Both the position numbers and the translations under genes were made by a program. Positions 46,823 to 57,038 of a stretch of 58,619 bases of DNA are shown here, piece after piece. The notes beneath the pieces were generated by a model. That model had not been told where the DNA came from, made no database searches, and saw only the letters and a list, made by a program, of their open reading frames with translations. The stretch's first letter is position 1. The number at the start of each line of letters is the position of its first letter. The stretch is from an uncultured Rhodobacteraceae bacterium (GTDB taxonomy: Bacteria; Pseudomonadota; Alphaproteobacteria; Rhodobacterales; Rhodobacteraceae): the NCBI GenBank assembly GCA_937952085.1, contig CALFYQ010000101.1:1-58619 (forward strand), written 5' to 3'.

Positions 46823-47605
46823 ATGATCCGGGTCGAGAACGTTCACAAGCATTTCGGCGGCGTCCGCGCCGTGAACGGCGCGACGCTGGAGATCGCCGAA
46901 GGCTCCATCACCGGGCTGATCGGCCCGAACGGGGCCGGCAAGACCACGCTCTTCAACTGCATCGCCGGCGCCTTTCCGCCGACCTCGGGCCATGTCTTCC
47001 TGGGCGGCGAGGAGATCACCGGCCTGCCGCCGCACGAGCTCTTCGCCAAGGGCGTGCTCCGCACCTTCCAGATCGCCAAGGAATTCTCCTCTCTCACGGT
47101 GCGGGACAACCTCGCCATGGTGCCGCCCGGCCAGTCCGGCGAGCGGCTCTGGGACGCCTGGTTCGCCCGCGGCAAGGTGCGCGAGGAGGAGGCGGCGATC
47201 CGCCGCCGCGCCGACGAGGTGATCGAGTTCCTCAATCTCGGCCGCGTCGCGGACGAACTCGCGGGCAACCTTTCCGGCGGCCAGAAGAAGCTGGTGGAGC
47301 TCGGCCGCACCATGATGGTGGAGGCGAAGATCGTCTTCCTCGACGAGGTCGGCGCCGGGGTGAACCGCACCCTCCTCAACACCATCGCCGACGCGATCCA
47401 GCGCCTCAACCGGGAGCGCGGCTATACGTTCTGCCTGATTGAGCACGACATGGATTTCATCGCCCGGCTCTGCGACCCGGTCATCGTCATGGCCGAGGGC
47501 GCGGTGCTGACGAAGGGCACGCCCGAGGAGGTGATGTCCGACGAGCGCGTGATCGAGGCCTATCTCGGCCACGGCGTGAAGAACAAGGCGGAGGTCGGGG
47601 GGTGA
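46823..47605 (+). CDS. ABC ATPase, LivG-like
   Basis: GPNGAGKT, RTFQ, LSGGQKK, IEHDM. Confidence 0.95.
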   Translation: MIRVENVHKHFGGVRAVNGATLEIAEGSITGLIGPNGAGKTTLFNCIAGAFPPTSGHVFLGGEEITGLPPHELFAKGVLRTFQIAKEFSSLTVRDNLAMVPPGQSGERLWDAWFARGKVREEEAAIRRRADEVIEFLNLGRVADELAGNLSGGQKKLVELGRTMMVEAKIVFLDEVGAGVNRTLLNTIADAIQRLNRERGYTFCLIEHDMDFIARLCDPVIVMAEGAVLTKGTPEEVMSDERVIEAYLGHGVKNKAEVGG

Positions 47606-48315
47606 CCGAGCCCTACCTCATCGGCGAGAAGATGGTCGGCGGCTATGGCGGCGCGACCATTCTCAACGGCTGCACCATCGCGGTGAACCGGGGCGAGATC
47701 GCCGTCATCGTCGGGCCGAACGGGGCGGGGAAGTCGACCGCGATGAAGGCGGTCTTCGGCATGCTGGCGCTCCGCGAGGGCGCGGTGCGGCTCGGCGGCG
47801 AGGAGATCACGCATCTCTCGCCGCAGGACCGTGTGCCGAAAGGCATGGCCTTCGTGCCGCAAACCTCGAATGTCTTCGCAGGCATGACGGTGCGCGAGAA
47901 CCTCGAAATGGGCGCCTATCTCCGCCGCGACGACATCTCGGAGACGATGGAGCAGGTCTTCACGCTCTTCCCCATCCTCCGCGAGAAGGCGGGCCAGAAC
48001 GCCGGCGAGCTTTCCGGCGGCCAGCGCCAGCAGGTGGCGGTCGGCCGCGCCCTGATGACGAAGCCCTCCGTCCTCATGCTGGACGAGCCGACGGCGGGCG
48101 TCTCCCCCATCGTGATGGACGAGCTCTTCGACCGGATCATCGAGATCCGCCGCACCGGCATCGCCATCCTGATGGTGGAGCAGAACGCAAGGCAGGCGCT
48201 CGAGATCGCCGACAAGGGCTTCGTCCTCGTCGGCGGGGAGAACCGCCATACCGGGACCGGGCGCGAGCTTCTCGCGGACCCGGAAGTCCGCCGCAGCTTC
48301 CTCGGAGGTCGATGA
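47602..48315 (+). CDS. ABC ATPase, LivF-like
   Basis: GPNGAGKS, LSGGQRQ, LDEP, VEQN. Confidence 0.95.
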   Translation: MTEPYLIGEKMVGGYGGATILNGCTIAVNRGEIAVIVGPNGAGKSTAMKAVFGMLALREGAVRLGGEEITHLSPQDRVPKGMAFVPQTSNVFAGMTVRENLEMGAYLRRDDISETMEQVFTLFPILREKAGQNAGELSGGQRQQVAVGRALMTKPSVLMLDEPTAGVSPIVMDELFDRIIEIRRTGIAILMVEQNARQALEIADKGFVLVGGENRHTGTGRELLADPEVRRSFLGGR

Positions 48316-48683
48316 TGCGCGCGCTCCTTCTCGCCGGCCTGATCGCCGCCGCCGCCGCCGGGCCGGCCCTCGCCGAGCGGATCGAATGCTCGTTCAAGCG
48401 GGCCTGCGCCGCCGGCGAATCCTGCCCGCGCAAGGACTACAAGGTGACGATCAACGCCGAAGGCGACCGCGCCGCCCTTTTCATCGACGAGAAGGTGATC
48501 GGCATGAAGCGCGACGCGCAGCTCTATCTCCAGCTTTTCGTCGACGAGGGCGCGGGGCCGGGCCGGCAGGTGGTGGTGATCCACCGGAACGGCGACGCCG
48601 CGCTCTCGATCTTCGGCGGGCTCGAGGCGGATCGGCTGGTCGCCGCCCACTACGTCGGGCGCTGCTCGGGCGCCGGCGAATGA
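48312..48683 (+). CDS. Secreted hypothetical protein with 4 Cys
   Basis: Signal peptide ending ALA; overlaps both neighbours by ATGA. Confidence 0.75.
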   Translation: MMRALLLAGLIAAAAAGPALAERIECSFKRACAAGESCPRKDYKVTINAEGDRAALFIDEKVIGMKRDAQLYLQLFVDEGAGPGRQVVVIHRNGDAALSIFGGLEADRLVAAHYVGRCSGAGE

Positions 48684-49693
48684 CGGACATTCTCAACGCC
48701 CTCGTCGTTCTGGCCAATTTCGTGCTGGTGCCGGGCGCCTCCTATGGCGCGCAGCTTGCGCTCGGCGCGCTCGGCATCACGCTGGCCTATGGCGTGCTGC
48801 GCTTCTCCAACTTCGCGCATGGCGACACGATGGCGATCGGCGCGATGGCCGTGGTGCTGGCGACCTGGGAGTTGCAGGCGCTCGGCGTCTCGATCGACCC
48901 GCTGCCGACCGCGCTGCTCGCCCTGCCGGTCGGCATCCTCGCCTGCGCCGCGCTCCTTCTCGGCACCGACCGGGTGATCTATCGCTTCTACCGGACGCGG
49001 CGGAGCGCGCCGGTGATCTTCGTGATCGTCTCGGTCGGCGTCATGTTCATCTATTCCGGCCTCGTGCGCTTCGTGATCGGGCCGGAGGACCAGAACTTCG
49101 CCGACGGCGCCCGCTTCATCATTTCGGCGGGCGACTTCAAGCGGATGACCGGGCTCGACGAGGGGCTGGCGATCCGCGCCAGCTCGGTCCTCACCGTCGC
49201 GGTGGCGCTCATCGTCATGGGCGCCCTCTTCTGGTTCCTGCAGAAGACGCGGATGGGCAAGGCGATGCGCGCCTATGCCGACAACGAGGACCTGGCGCTG
49301 CTCTCCGGCGTCAACCCGGACCGGGTGGTGACGGTGACCTGGCTCATCATCGCCGCGCTCGCCACCGTCGCCGGCACGCTCTACGGCCTCGACAAGACGT
49401 TCAAGGCCTTCACCTATTTCCAGCTTCTCCTGCCGATGTTCGCGGCCGCCATCGTCGGCGGCATCGGCAACCCGATCGGGGCGATCCTCGGCGGCTTCGT
49501 CATCGCCTATTCCGAGGTCGGGGTGACCTACGCCTACAAGCGTTTCCTCGGGCATCTCCTGCCCGAGAGCCTCGCGCCCGAGAGCCTCGTCCAGCTTCTG
49601 GGCACGGAATACAAGTTCGCCGTCTCCTTCGTCATCCTCGTCGTCGTCCTCCTGGTGCGGCCGACCGGCATCCTGCGGGGGAAGGTGGTATGA
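48680..49693 (+). CDS. ABC permease, LivH-like
   Basis: NFAHGD, GKAMRA..DN, IVGGIG. Confidence 0.94.
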   Translation: MTDILNALVVLANFVLVPGASYGAQLALGALGITLAYGVLRFSNFAHGDTMAIGAMAVVLATWELQALGVSIDPLPTALLALPVGILACAALLLGTDRVIYRFYRTRRSAPVIFVIVSVGVMFIYSGLVRFVIGPEDQNFADGARFIISAGDFKRMTGLDEGLAIRASSVLTVAVALIVMGALFWFLQKTRMGKAMRAYADNEDLALLSGVNPDRVVTVTWLIIAALATVAGTLYGLDKTFKAFTYFQLLLPMFAAAIVGGIGNPIGAILGGFVIAYSEVGVTYAYKRFLGHLLPESLAPESLVQLLGTEYKFAVSFVILVVVLLVRPTGILRGKVV

Positions 49694-51009
49694 GCGAGCG
49701 CGCCCGCGGCCCGGTCTTCTTCGCGATCATGGCGGCGCTTCTCGCCGGCGTCGGGCTGCTGCAGTCCTGGACGCTGGCCCTCGCCATCGTGAACCTCTGC
49801 CTGATCTCCTCGATCATGGCGCTCGGGGTGAACATCCAGTGGGGCTACGCCGGGCTCTTCAATGTCGGCATGATGGGCTTCGCCGCGGTCGGCGGCGTCG
49901 CCGCGGTGATCGTCTCGAAGGACCCGGTGGGCGAGGGCTGGGCGGCGGGCGGGCTGAACCTCTTCCTCACCGCGCTCTGCATCGTCGTCACCGTGGCGGC
50001 CGCGCTGCTCCTCCGCGCGCGGATGGCGCCGGGGCGGGTGCGTAACCTTTCCGTCGCGGCGGTGATCCTCGTCGGCTATCTCCTCGCCCGGGCGGCCTTC
50101 TTCCCGGCGGTGGACGCGATCGAGGCGGTGGACCCGGCGCTCGCCGGCTATCTCGGCGGGCTTGGCCTGCCCATCGTCGTCGCCTGGGCCGTGGGCGGGG
50201 TGATGGCGGCCGGCGTCGCCTGGATGATCGGCAAGCTCACGCTCGGCCTCCGGTCCGACTATCTCGCCATCGCCACGCTCGGCATCTCGGAAATCCTCGT
50301 CTTCGTCGCCAAGAACGAGGACTGGCTGACCCGCGGCGTGAAGAACGTGACCGGCCTGCCGCGCCCGGTGCCCTACGAGGTGGACCTCCAGACCGACCAG
50401 TGGTTCCTCGACCTCTGCGCCTCGCTCGGCGCGGACCCGGTGGCCTTCTCCTCGATCTTCGTGGCGATCTGCTACGGGCTCCTCTTCGCCGCCGTGCTCC
50501 TCCTTCTCCTCTGGCTCTCCGAGCGGGCGCTCAACTCGCCCTGGGGCCGGATGATGCGCGCGATCCGCGACAACGAGGACGCCGCCGAGGCGATGGGGAA
50601 GGACGTGACCTATCGCCGGCTTCAGGCCTTCGTCCTCGGCTCCGCGGTCTGCGGCATCGCGGGCGCGATGCTGACGACGCTCGACGGGCAGTTCACCCCC
50701 GGCACCTACAACCCGCTCCGCTTCACCTTCCTGATCTGGGTGATGGTGATCGTCGGCGGCTCCGGCAACAACTGGGGCTCGGTGCTCGGCGGCTTCCTGA
50801 TCTGGTTCGTCTGGATCGAGGCGGAGCCGGTCGGCCGCGGCCTGATGGAGCTGATCACCTCCGGCATGGCGGAGGGCGACCCGTTCGCCAAGCGGCTGAC
50901 CGACAGCGCCGCCTACATGCGCTTCGTGCTGATGGGCGTGATCCTCCTCGTCACGCTTCGCTTCGCGCCGCGCGGCCTCCTGCCGGAAAAGGCGCGGCTC
51001 GGCCACTGA
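49690..51009 (+). CDS. ABC permease, LivM-like
   Basis: GYAGLFNVG, LRSDYLAIATLG, GRMMRAIRDNE. Confidence 0.94.
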   Translation: MSERARGPVFFAIMAALLAGVGLLQSWTLALAIVNLCLISSIMALGVNIQWGYAGLFNVGMMGFAAVGGVAAVIVSKDPVGEGWAAGGLNLFLTALCIVVTVAAALLLRARMAPGRVRNLSVAAVILVGYLLARAAFFPAVDAIEAVDPALAGYLGGLGLPIVVAWAVGGVMAAGVAWMIGKLTLGLRSDYLAIATLGISEILVFVAKNEDWLTRGVKNVTGLPRPVPYEVDLQTDQWFLDLCASLGADPVAFSSIFVAICYGLLFAAVLLLLLWLSERALNSPWGRMMRAIRDNEDAAEAMGKDVTYRRLQAFVLGSAVCGIAGAMLTTLDGQFTPGTYNPLRFTFLIWVMVIVGGSGNNWGSVLGGFLIWFVWIEAEPVGRGLMELITSGMAEGDPFAKRLTDSAAYMRFVLMGVILLVTLRFAPRGLLPEKARLGH

Positions 51010-51052
51010 GGCGCTTCGCCGGGCGGCGCGCCGCCCGATCGGGAGGGACGCG

Positions 51053-52021
51053 ATGGACATCGTGGCGCTCGGCTATCTCGGCGTCGAGGCGGCCTCCGGC
51101 GAGGATTGGGCCGGCTTCGCCACCGGCCAGCTCGGCATGATGGCGGCGGGGCGGGGCGGCGGGCTTCGCCGCTTCCGGATGGACGACCGCAAGCAGCGCC
51201 TGATCGTGCGGGAGACCGGGCGCGACGGGCTCGGCTTCATGGGTTGGGAGGCGCGGGACGCCGCCGCGCTCTACCGGCTCGCGGCCCGGCTCGACGATGC
51301 CGGCGTCGATGTCCGCCCCGGCGACCGGGCCCTCGCTGCCGAGCGGCATGTCGCCGATCTCGTCTGGCTGCGGGACCCGGCGGGCAACCGGCTCGAGATC
51401 TTCGTCGGGCAGGAGGATGACGCGGAGCCCTTCCGCCCCGGCCGCCCGGTTTCGGGCTTCGTCACCGGCGCGATGGGCATGGGCCACGCCGTGCTCCACG
51501 CGCGGGACCCGGACGCGCTGATGCCGTTCTACCGGGACCTGCTCGGCTTTCGAATCTCCGACCACGCGCGGGAGCCGATCACCTTCTACTTCCTCCACGT
51601 GAACGAGCGGCACCATTCCTTCGCCCTTCTCGGCACCGGGCGGGAGGGGTTCCACCATTTCATGGTGGAGATGAAGGGGCTGGACGATGTCGGGCAGGGC
51701 TTCGACCTCGCCATAGAGGGGGACCGTGTCGCCTACACGCTCGGCCGTCACACCAACGACTGGATGACGAGCTTCTACGCCGTCACGCCCTCCGGCTTCT
51801 TCGTCGAGACCGGCTGGGGCGGGCGGCGGATCGACCCGGCGCGGTGGGAGCCGGAATTCATGACCGACGGGCCGAGCTTCTGGGGCCATGACCGGCCCTA
51901 TCTGCCGGAGGCGGAGCGCGCCCGCTTCCGCGAGATGCGCCTCGCGGCGGCGGCGAAGGGGATGCGCGTTCCGGCGGAGGGGCCGGTCCATTGCGCCTGG
52001 CTGGAAGGGTTGCGTCGGTAA
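51053..52021 (+). CDS. Type I extradiol ring-cleavage dioxygenase (BphC-like VOC)
   Basis: ALGYLG, GMGHAVL, RHHS, HHFMVE, LGRHTND, SFY.VTPSG..VE, WGH. Confidence 0.92.
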   Translation: MDIVALGYLGVEAASGEDWAGFATGQLGMMAAGRGGGLRRFRMDDRKQRLIVRETGRDGLGFMGWEARDAAALYRLAARLDDAGVDVRPGDRALAAERHVADLVWLRDPAGNRLEIFVGQEDDAEPFRPGRPVSGFVTGAMGMGHAVLHARDPDALMPFYRDLLGFRISDHAREPITFYFLHVNERHHSFALLGTGREGFHHFMVEMKGLDDVGQGFDLAIEGDRVAYTLGRHTNDWMTSFYAVTPSGFFVETGWGGRRIDPARWEPEFMTDGPSFWGHDRPYLPEAERARFREMRLAAAAKGMRVPAEGPVHCAWLEGLRR

Positions 52022-52336
52022 GGGACGCGATCGAGGCGGTTAGGCTCGAACCCGGGGCCATTGAGCCTGCCATGTCCGAGCCGCGAGCGGAGGGCCGCGA
52101 CCGCCCGCCCGCTTGGAGGGGCGGACGCGGACCGGGCTGGTCGCCCGGGCCCGGGATGGATGGCCAAGGCGCACCCTACTTCCCGCCGTCGGCGGATGAC
52201 TGCCGATGGCCCCTCGGGACGCTCCCGCAAACTCGCCCGCTTCCGAGCGTCGGCCCCGCTTGATCTTCCCCCGCGGCGGTGGTCCGGTCGCCGGAGGCGA
52301 AGCGGGAGTCGGACAATGGGCGCGGCGGCGGCGGGG

Positions 52337-52939
52337 ATGAGCGCGGAGACCATCCTCCTTTTCATCGGCGCGGCGGCGATCCTCTTCCTCACGCCCGGGC
52401 CCAACATGATGTTCGCCGTCGCCTGCGGCCTCGCCGGCGGCCCGCGCGCGGGCATCGCCGCCGGGCTCGGCGCGGCCACCGGCATCGTGGTCCATACCGG
52501 CTTCGCGGCGGTGGGGCTGACCGCGCTTCTCGCCGCCTCGCCCTCGCTTTTCGGCGCGCTCCGCTGGATCGGCGCCGCCTATCTCCTCTGGCTCGCCGTC
52601 GCCGCCTGGCGCGCGGGCGACGCGCTGGAAGGCAGGCTGGGGCGCGATACGCCGCGCCGCGCCTTTCGCCGCGCGCTTCTCACCTCCCTCCTCAACCCGA
52701 AGCTTGCATTCTTCATGATCGCCTTCCTGCCGCAGTTCGTCTCTCCCGAAGCCGGGCCCGCCTGGGCCCAGTTCGTCATCCTCGGCGCGATCCTCGCGCC
52801 GCTCGCCGCGATGTTCGATTGCAGCTACGGCGCCTTCGCCGGCGCCGCGGCCGACCGGATCCGCCGCGCCTCGAAGGCGCTCAACCGGATCAGCGCGCTC
52901 ATCTTCGGCGGCCTCGCGGCCCGGCTGGCGCTCTCATGA
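52337..52939 (+). CDS. LysE/RhtB-family exporter
   Basis: TPGPN, GAAYL, LLNPK, FLPQF. Confidence 0.92.
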   Translation: MSAETILLFIGAAAILFLTPGPNMMFAVACGLAGGPRAGIAAGLGAATGIVVHTGFAAVGLTALLAASPSLFGALRWIGAAYLLWLAVAAWRAGDALEGRLGRDTPRRAFRRALLTSLLNPKLAFFMIAFLPQFVSPEAGPAWAQFVILGAILAPLAAMFDCSYGAFAGAAADRIRRASKALNRISALIFGGLAARLALS

Positions 52940-54117
52940 CCCGGCTCTCCAATCGCATCCTCACCCTCGACGGGGACGACCGGAACGGCGACGGCTGGGC
53001 GGTCTATTACCGCGCCCGCGCGCTGCAGGAGGCGGGGCGGAAGATCACCATGCTCTGCATCGGCGAGCACGATTTCCGCACGCCGGGCTTCATCATCGAC
53101 CGGATGGACGCCTCCGCCCGCGGCGGCAACACCGGCTACGCCCTCTCGCTCGGCCAGCGCGGGCTCCGCGAGGCGGTGGCGGTGGCCGAGGCGAAGGCGA
53201 CCGGCGCGCCGACGACCGCCGACAACGTCATCATCACCACCGGCGGGCAGGCGGCGCTTTTCGCGGCGATGTGCGCGGCGCTCGATCCGGGCGATCTCGC
53301 GGTGATCGTGGACCCGTTCTACGCCACCTATCCCGCCACGGTGCGGGGCGCGGGCGGCCGGCTCGGAATCGTTCCGGCGCGGCCGGAGCGCGGCTTCCAG
53401 CCGGACCCGGACGAGGTCTACGCCGCCACCGAGGGGGCGCGCGCGCTTCTCATCAACACGCCGCACAACCCGACCGGCGCGGTCTATTCGAGGAAGACGC
53501 TCGAAGGGATCGCCGAGGTGGCGAAGGCGCGGGACCTCTGGCTCATCTCCGACGAGGTCTACCGCACCCAGGTCCATGAGGGCGCGCACCTGACGCCGCG
53601 GCTCCTCCCCGGCATGGCGGAGCGGACGCTGGTGGTGGGCTCGCTCTCGAAATCCCACGTGATGACCGGCTTCCGCATCGGCTGGCTGATCGCGCCCGAG
53701 CACGCCATCGACCCGCTCCGGCGGATGGCCAACGCCACCACCTATGGCGTTCCGGGCTTCATCCAGGACGCGGCGGAGACGGCGCTTCGCGACGGCGCGG
53801 AGACCGAGGCCGAGACCGCCGCGATCTATCGGCGCCGGCGCGACGCGGCGCTCGACGCGCTGGCGAATTCCGGCCTCAAGGTCTCGCCGCCCGAGGGGGG
53901 CATGTATCTGATGATCGACGTGCGGCCGACCGGGATGGACGGGGAGAGCTTCGCGCTCGCGCTCCTCGAGGCGGAGGGGATCGCGGTGATGCCCGGGGAG
54001 AGCTTCGGCCGCGCCGCCGCCGGGCATCTCCGCGTCGCGCTGACGGTGGAGGATGGCGAGATGGTCGAGGCGCTCCGCCGGCTCGCCGCCTTCGCCCGCG
54101 CGAAGGCCGCCTCGTGA
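52936..54117 (+). CDS. PLP aminotransferase class I/II (AruH-like)
   Basis: IGEHDFRTP, NTPHNPTG, SDEVY, SLSKSHVMTGFRIGW. Confidence 0.93.
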   Translation: MTRLSNRILTLDGDDRNGDGWAVYYRARALQEAGRKITMLCIGEHDFRTPGFIIDRMDASARGGNTGYALSLGQRGLREAVAVAEAKATGAPTTADNVIITTGGQAALFAAMCAALDPGDLAVIVDPFYATYPATVRGAGGRLGIVPARPERGFQPDPDEVYAATEGARALLINTPHNPTGAVYSRKTLEGIAEVAKARDLWLISDEVYRTQVHEGAHLTPRLLPGMAERTLVVGSLSKSHVMTGFRIGWLIAPEHAIDPLRRMANATTYGVPGFIQDAAETALRDGAETEAETAAIYRRRRDAALDALANSGLKVSPPEGGMYLMIDVRPTGMDGESFALALLEAEGIAVMPGESFGRAAAGHLRVALTVEDGEMVEALRRLAAFARAKAAS

Positions 54118-56552
54118 CCCCGCCGGCCCATGCCCGCGTCGTCATCGTCGGCGGCGGCGTCTCGGGCTGTTCGGTCGCCTATCACCTCGTCAAGCAGGGC
54201 TGGACGGATGTGGTCCTGCTGGAGCGGAAGCGGCTGACCAGCGGCACCACCTGGCACGCCGCCGGCCTCGTCGCGCAGCTTCGGGCCACCGCGGCGATGA
54301 CGCGGCTCGCGAAATACACGCAGGAGCTCTACGGCGCGCTCGAGGCCGAGACCGGCGTCGCCACCGGGTTCAAGCGGGTCGGCTCGATCTCGATGGCGCT
54401 GACCGAGGCGCGCAAGGAGGAGCTTCTGCGCCAGGCCTCGATGGCGCGCGCCTTCGGCGTCGAGGCGGAGCCGATCGGCCCGGCGGAGATCGCCGCCCGC
54501 CACCCGCTGGTGGAGACCGGCGACGCCAAGGTCGGCGTCTATCTCTCGCAGGACGGGCAGGCGGACCCGGCCGCGGTCGCCCTCGCCATGGCGCGCGGCG
54601 CGCGGAACATGGGCGCCCAGCTCTTCGAGAACGTGAAGATGATTGCGGCGAAGCGGGCCGGCCGCCGCATTCTCTCCCTCGACTGGGCGAGCGCGGAAGG
54701 GCGCGGAACCATCGCCTGCGAGCATGTCGTCAACTGCGCCGGCATGTGGGGCCGCGACGTGGGCGAGATGCTGGGCGCGCCGGTTCCGCTCCAGGCCTGC
54801 GAGCACTTCTACGTGGTGACGCCGCCGATCCCGAACCTCGGCGCGCTGCCGGTGCTGCGGGTGCCGGACGAGTGCGCCTATTACAAGGCCGACGCCGGGC
54901 GGATGATGCTCGGCGCCTTCGAGCCGAAGGCGAAGCCCTGGGGGTTGAAGGGCATCCCGGAAGAGTTCGAGTTCGACCAGTTGCCGGACGATCTCGACCA
55001 TCTCGCGCCGGTGCTGGAGGCCGGGATGGCGCGAATGCCCGCGGTGAGCGACGCCGGCATCCAGACCTTCTTCAACGGCCCCGAGAGCTTCACGCCGGAC
55101 AACGCCTATCATCTCGGCCTTGCGCCGGAGATGGACAATGTCTGGGTCGCGGCCGGGTTCAACTCGATCGGCATCCAGTCCGCCGGCGGCGCGGGCATGG
55201 CGCTCGCCGCCTGGATGGAGACGGGCGAGGCGCCCTTCGACCTCGGCGCGGTGGACGCCGCCCGCACCTCCGCCTTCCAGAAGAACCGCCGCTATCTGGC
55301 GGAGCGGGCGACCGAAAGCCTCGGCCTTCTCTACGCCGACCATTTCCCGACAAGGCAGAAGGCGACGGCGCGGGGCGTCCGCCGCTCGCCGGTCCACGCC
55401 CATCTCGTCGCCGAAGGCGCCGCGCTCGGCGAGACGGCGGGCTGGGAGCGGCCGCTCTGGTTCGCCCGCGGCGGCGCGGCGCGCGAATACCCCTATGGCT
55501 GGGGCCGCGAGGGCTGGTTCGAGGCTTCGGCCGCCGAGCACCGGGCGATGCGGCAGGGCGTCGGGCTCTACGACATGTCGTCCTTCGGCAAGCTCCGGAT
55601 CGAGGGGCCGGACGCGGAGGCCTTCCTCAACGAGGTCGCCTCGGCGGAGATGGCGGTGCCGGAGGGGCGGATCGTCTACACCTGCTTCCTCAATTCCCGC
55701 GGCGGGGTGGAGGCGGACGGCACCGTCGTGCGACTTTCCGAGACCGCTTTCCTTCTCGTCACCGCCGCCGCCACGCTCCGCGCCGACGAGGCGCGGCTTC
55801 GCCGGCAGATCCGCGACCGGCGCGTCGTCGTCACCGATGTCACCGCCGGCGAGGCGGCGCTGGCCGTGATGGGGCCGAAGGCGCGGGACCTGATGCGCGC
55901 CGTCTCGCCCGACGACTGGTCGGACGCCGCGCTGCCGCTCCGCACCGCGCGGGAGGTCGAGATCGGCATGGGAACCGCGCGGGCGCACCGGCTTTCCTAT
56001 GTCGGCGCGCTCGGATGGGAGCTCTTCGTTCCGGCCGACCAGGCGGCGCATGTGTTCGAGACGCTGGCGGAGGCGGGCGCCGGGCTCGGCCTCGCCTTCT
56101 GCGGCATGTACGCGGTGAATTCCTGCCGGATCGAGAAGGCCTTCCGCCATATGGGCCATGACATGAGCCCGGAGGACCATGTGGTGGAGGCCGGCCTCGG
56201 CCATGCGGTCGGCTGGCGGAAGCCCGCCTTCCTCGGGCGCGACGCCGCGCTCCGGGTGAAGGAGGCGGGGCCGGAGCGGCGGCTGATCGGGCTTCTGCTC
56301 GACGACGCGGAGGCGACGCTCCACCACAACGAGCCGATCCTTCGGGACGGGCGGATCGTCGGGCGGATCGCCAGCGCCGGGCACGGCCACAGCGTCGGCG
56401 GGCCGGTCGGCCTCGGCTATGTCGAGGCGCCGGAGCCGGGCGCGGGCTGGGCCGAAGGCGCCTTCGAGGTGGAGATCGCCGGCCGGCGGGTCTCGGCACG
56501 GGCCTCGCTCAAGGCGTTCTACGACCCCGCCGGCGTTGAAATGGCGGGGTGA
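54114..56552 (+). CDS. FAD oxidoreductase-GcvT fusion (dimethylglycine/sarcosine dehydrogenase-like)
   Basis: GGGVSG, SGTTWHAAG, NGPESFTPD, GWERP, DMSSFGK, RIEKA. Confidence 0.94.
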   Translation: MTPPAHARVVIVGGGVSGCSVAYHLVKQGWTDVVLLERKRLTSGTTWHAAGLVAQLRATAAMTRLAKYTQELYGALEAETGVATGFKRVGSISMALTEARKEELLRQASMARAFGVEAEPIGPAEIAARHPLVETGDAKVGVYLSQDGQADPAAVALAMARGARNMGAQLFENVKMIAAKRAGRRILSLDWASAEGRGTIACEHVVNCAGMWGRDVGEMLGAPVPLQACEHFYVVTPPIPNLGALPVLRVPDECAYYKADAGRMMLGAFEPKAKPWGLKGIPEEFEFDQLPDDLDHLAPVLEAGMARMPAVSDAGIQTFFNGPESFTPDNAYHLGLAPEMDNVWVAAGFNSIGIQSAGGAGMALAAWMETGEAPFDLGAVDAARTSAFQKNRRYLAERATESLGLLYADHFPTRQKATARGVRRSPVHAHLVAEGAALGETAGWERPLWFARGGAAREYPYGWGREGWFEASAAEHRAMRQGVGLYDMSSFGKLRIEGPDAEAFLNEVASAEMAVPEGRIVYTCFLNSRGGVEADGTVVRLSETAFLLVTAAATLRADEARLRRQIRDRRVVVTDVTAGEAALAVMGPKARDLMRAVSPDDWSDAALPLRTAREVEIGMGTARAHRLSYVGALGWELFVPADQAAHVFETLAEAGAGLGLAFCGMYAVNSCRIEKAFRHMGHDMSPEDHVVEAGLGHAVGWRKPAFLGRDAALRVKEAGPERRLIGLLLDDAEATLHHNEPILRDGRIVGRIASAGHGHSVGGPVGLGYVEAPEPGAGWAEGAFEVEIAGRRVSARASLKAFYDPAGVEMAG

Positions 56553-56596
56553 GAGGGCGTAACGTTTCGTTCTTCCTTTCGCGGCGAAAAAGACGG

Positions 56597-57028
56597 ATGA
56601 GCGATCTTCGTGCGGTCATCGAGGCGTTTCAGACGCGCCTCTGGGGGAAGGGCGACCCGTCGGTCATCGACGAGCTGATGAGCGACGACGTCGAGGTCTT
56701 CGGCATCGAGGCCGAGCCGATGCATGGCGGGGCCGCCTATGCGGCGCTTCACCGGATGCTGGCGGCGCAGTTCGCCGACATCACCGTGGTCATTCTCCAC
56801 ACGGTCGAGGACGGCGAGTGGATCGCGGGCGAATCGATGTTCGCGGCGCGACACCGCGCCAGGGGCGGCGAGATCGCGGCGCGCAGCATGTTCATGGCGC
56901 GGATCGTCCATGGGAAGATCGTCTCGATGCGGAGCATCCTCGATCTTCTGAGCGCCTTCGAGCAGGCCGGGCTCCTGCCGCCGCTGACGCTCGAATCGCT
57001 CCTTCTCGGGCGGCGGCCGAAATTATGA
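56597..57028 (+). CDS. SnoaL-like/ester cyclase (NTF2 fold)
   Basis: LWGKGD..IDEL, VEDGEWIA, GKIV, FEQAGLLP. Confidence 0.8.
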   Translation: MSDLRAVIEAFQTRLWGKGDPSVIDELMSDDVEVFGIEAEPMHGGAAYAALHRMLAAQFADITVVILHTVEDGEWIAGESMFAARHRARGGEIAARSMFMARIVHGKIVSMRSILDLLSAFEQAGLLPPLTLESLLLGRRPKL

Positions 57029-57038
57029 GGCCGGGGCC

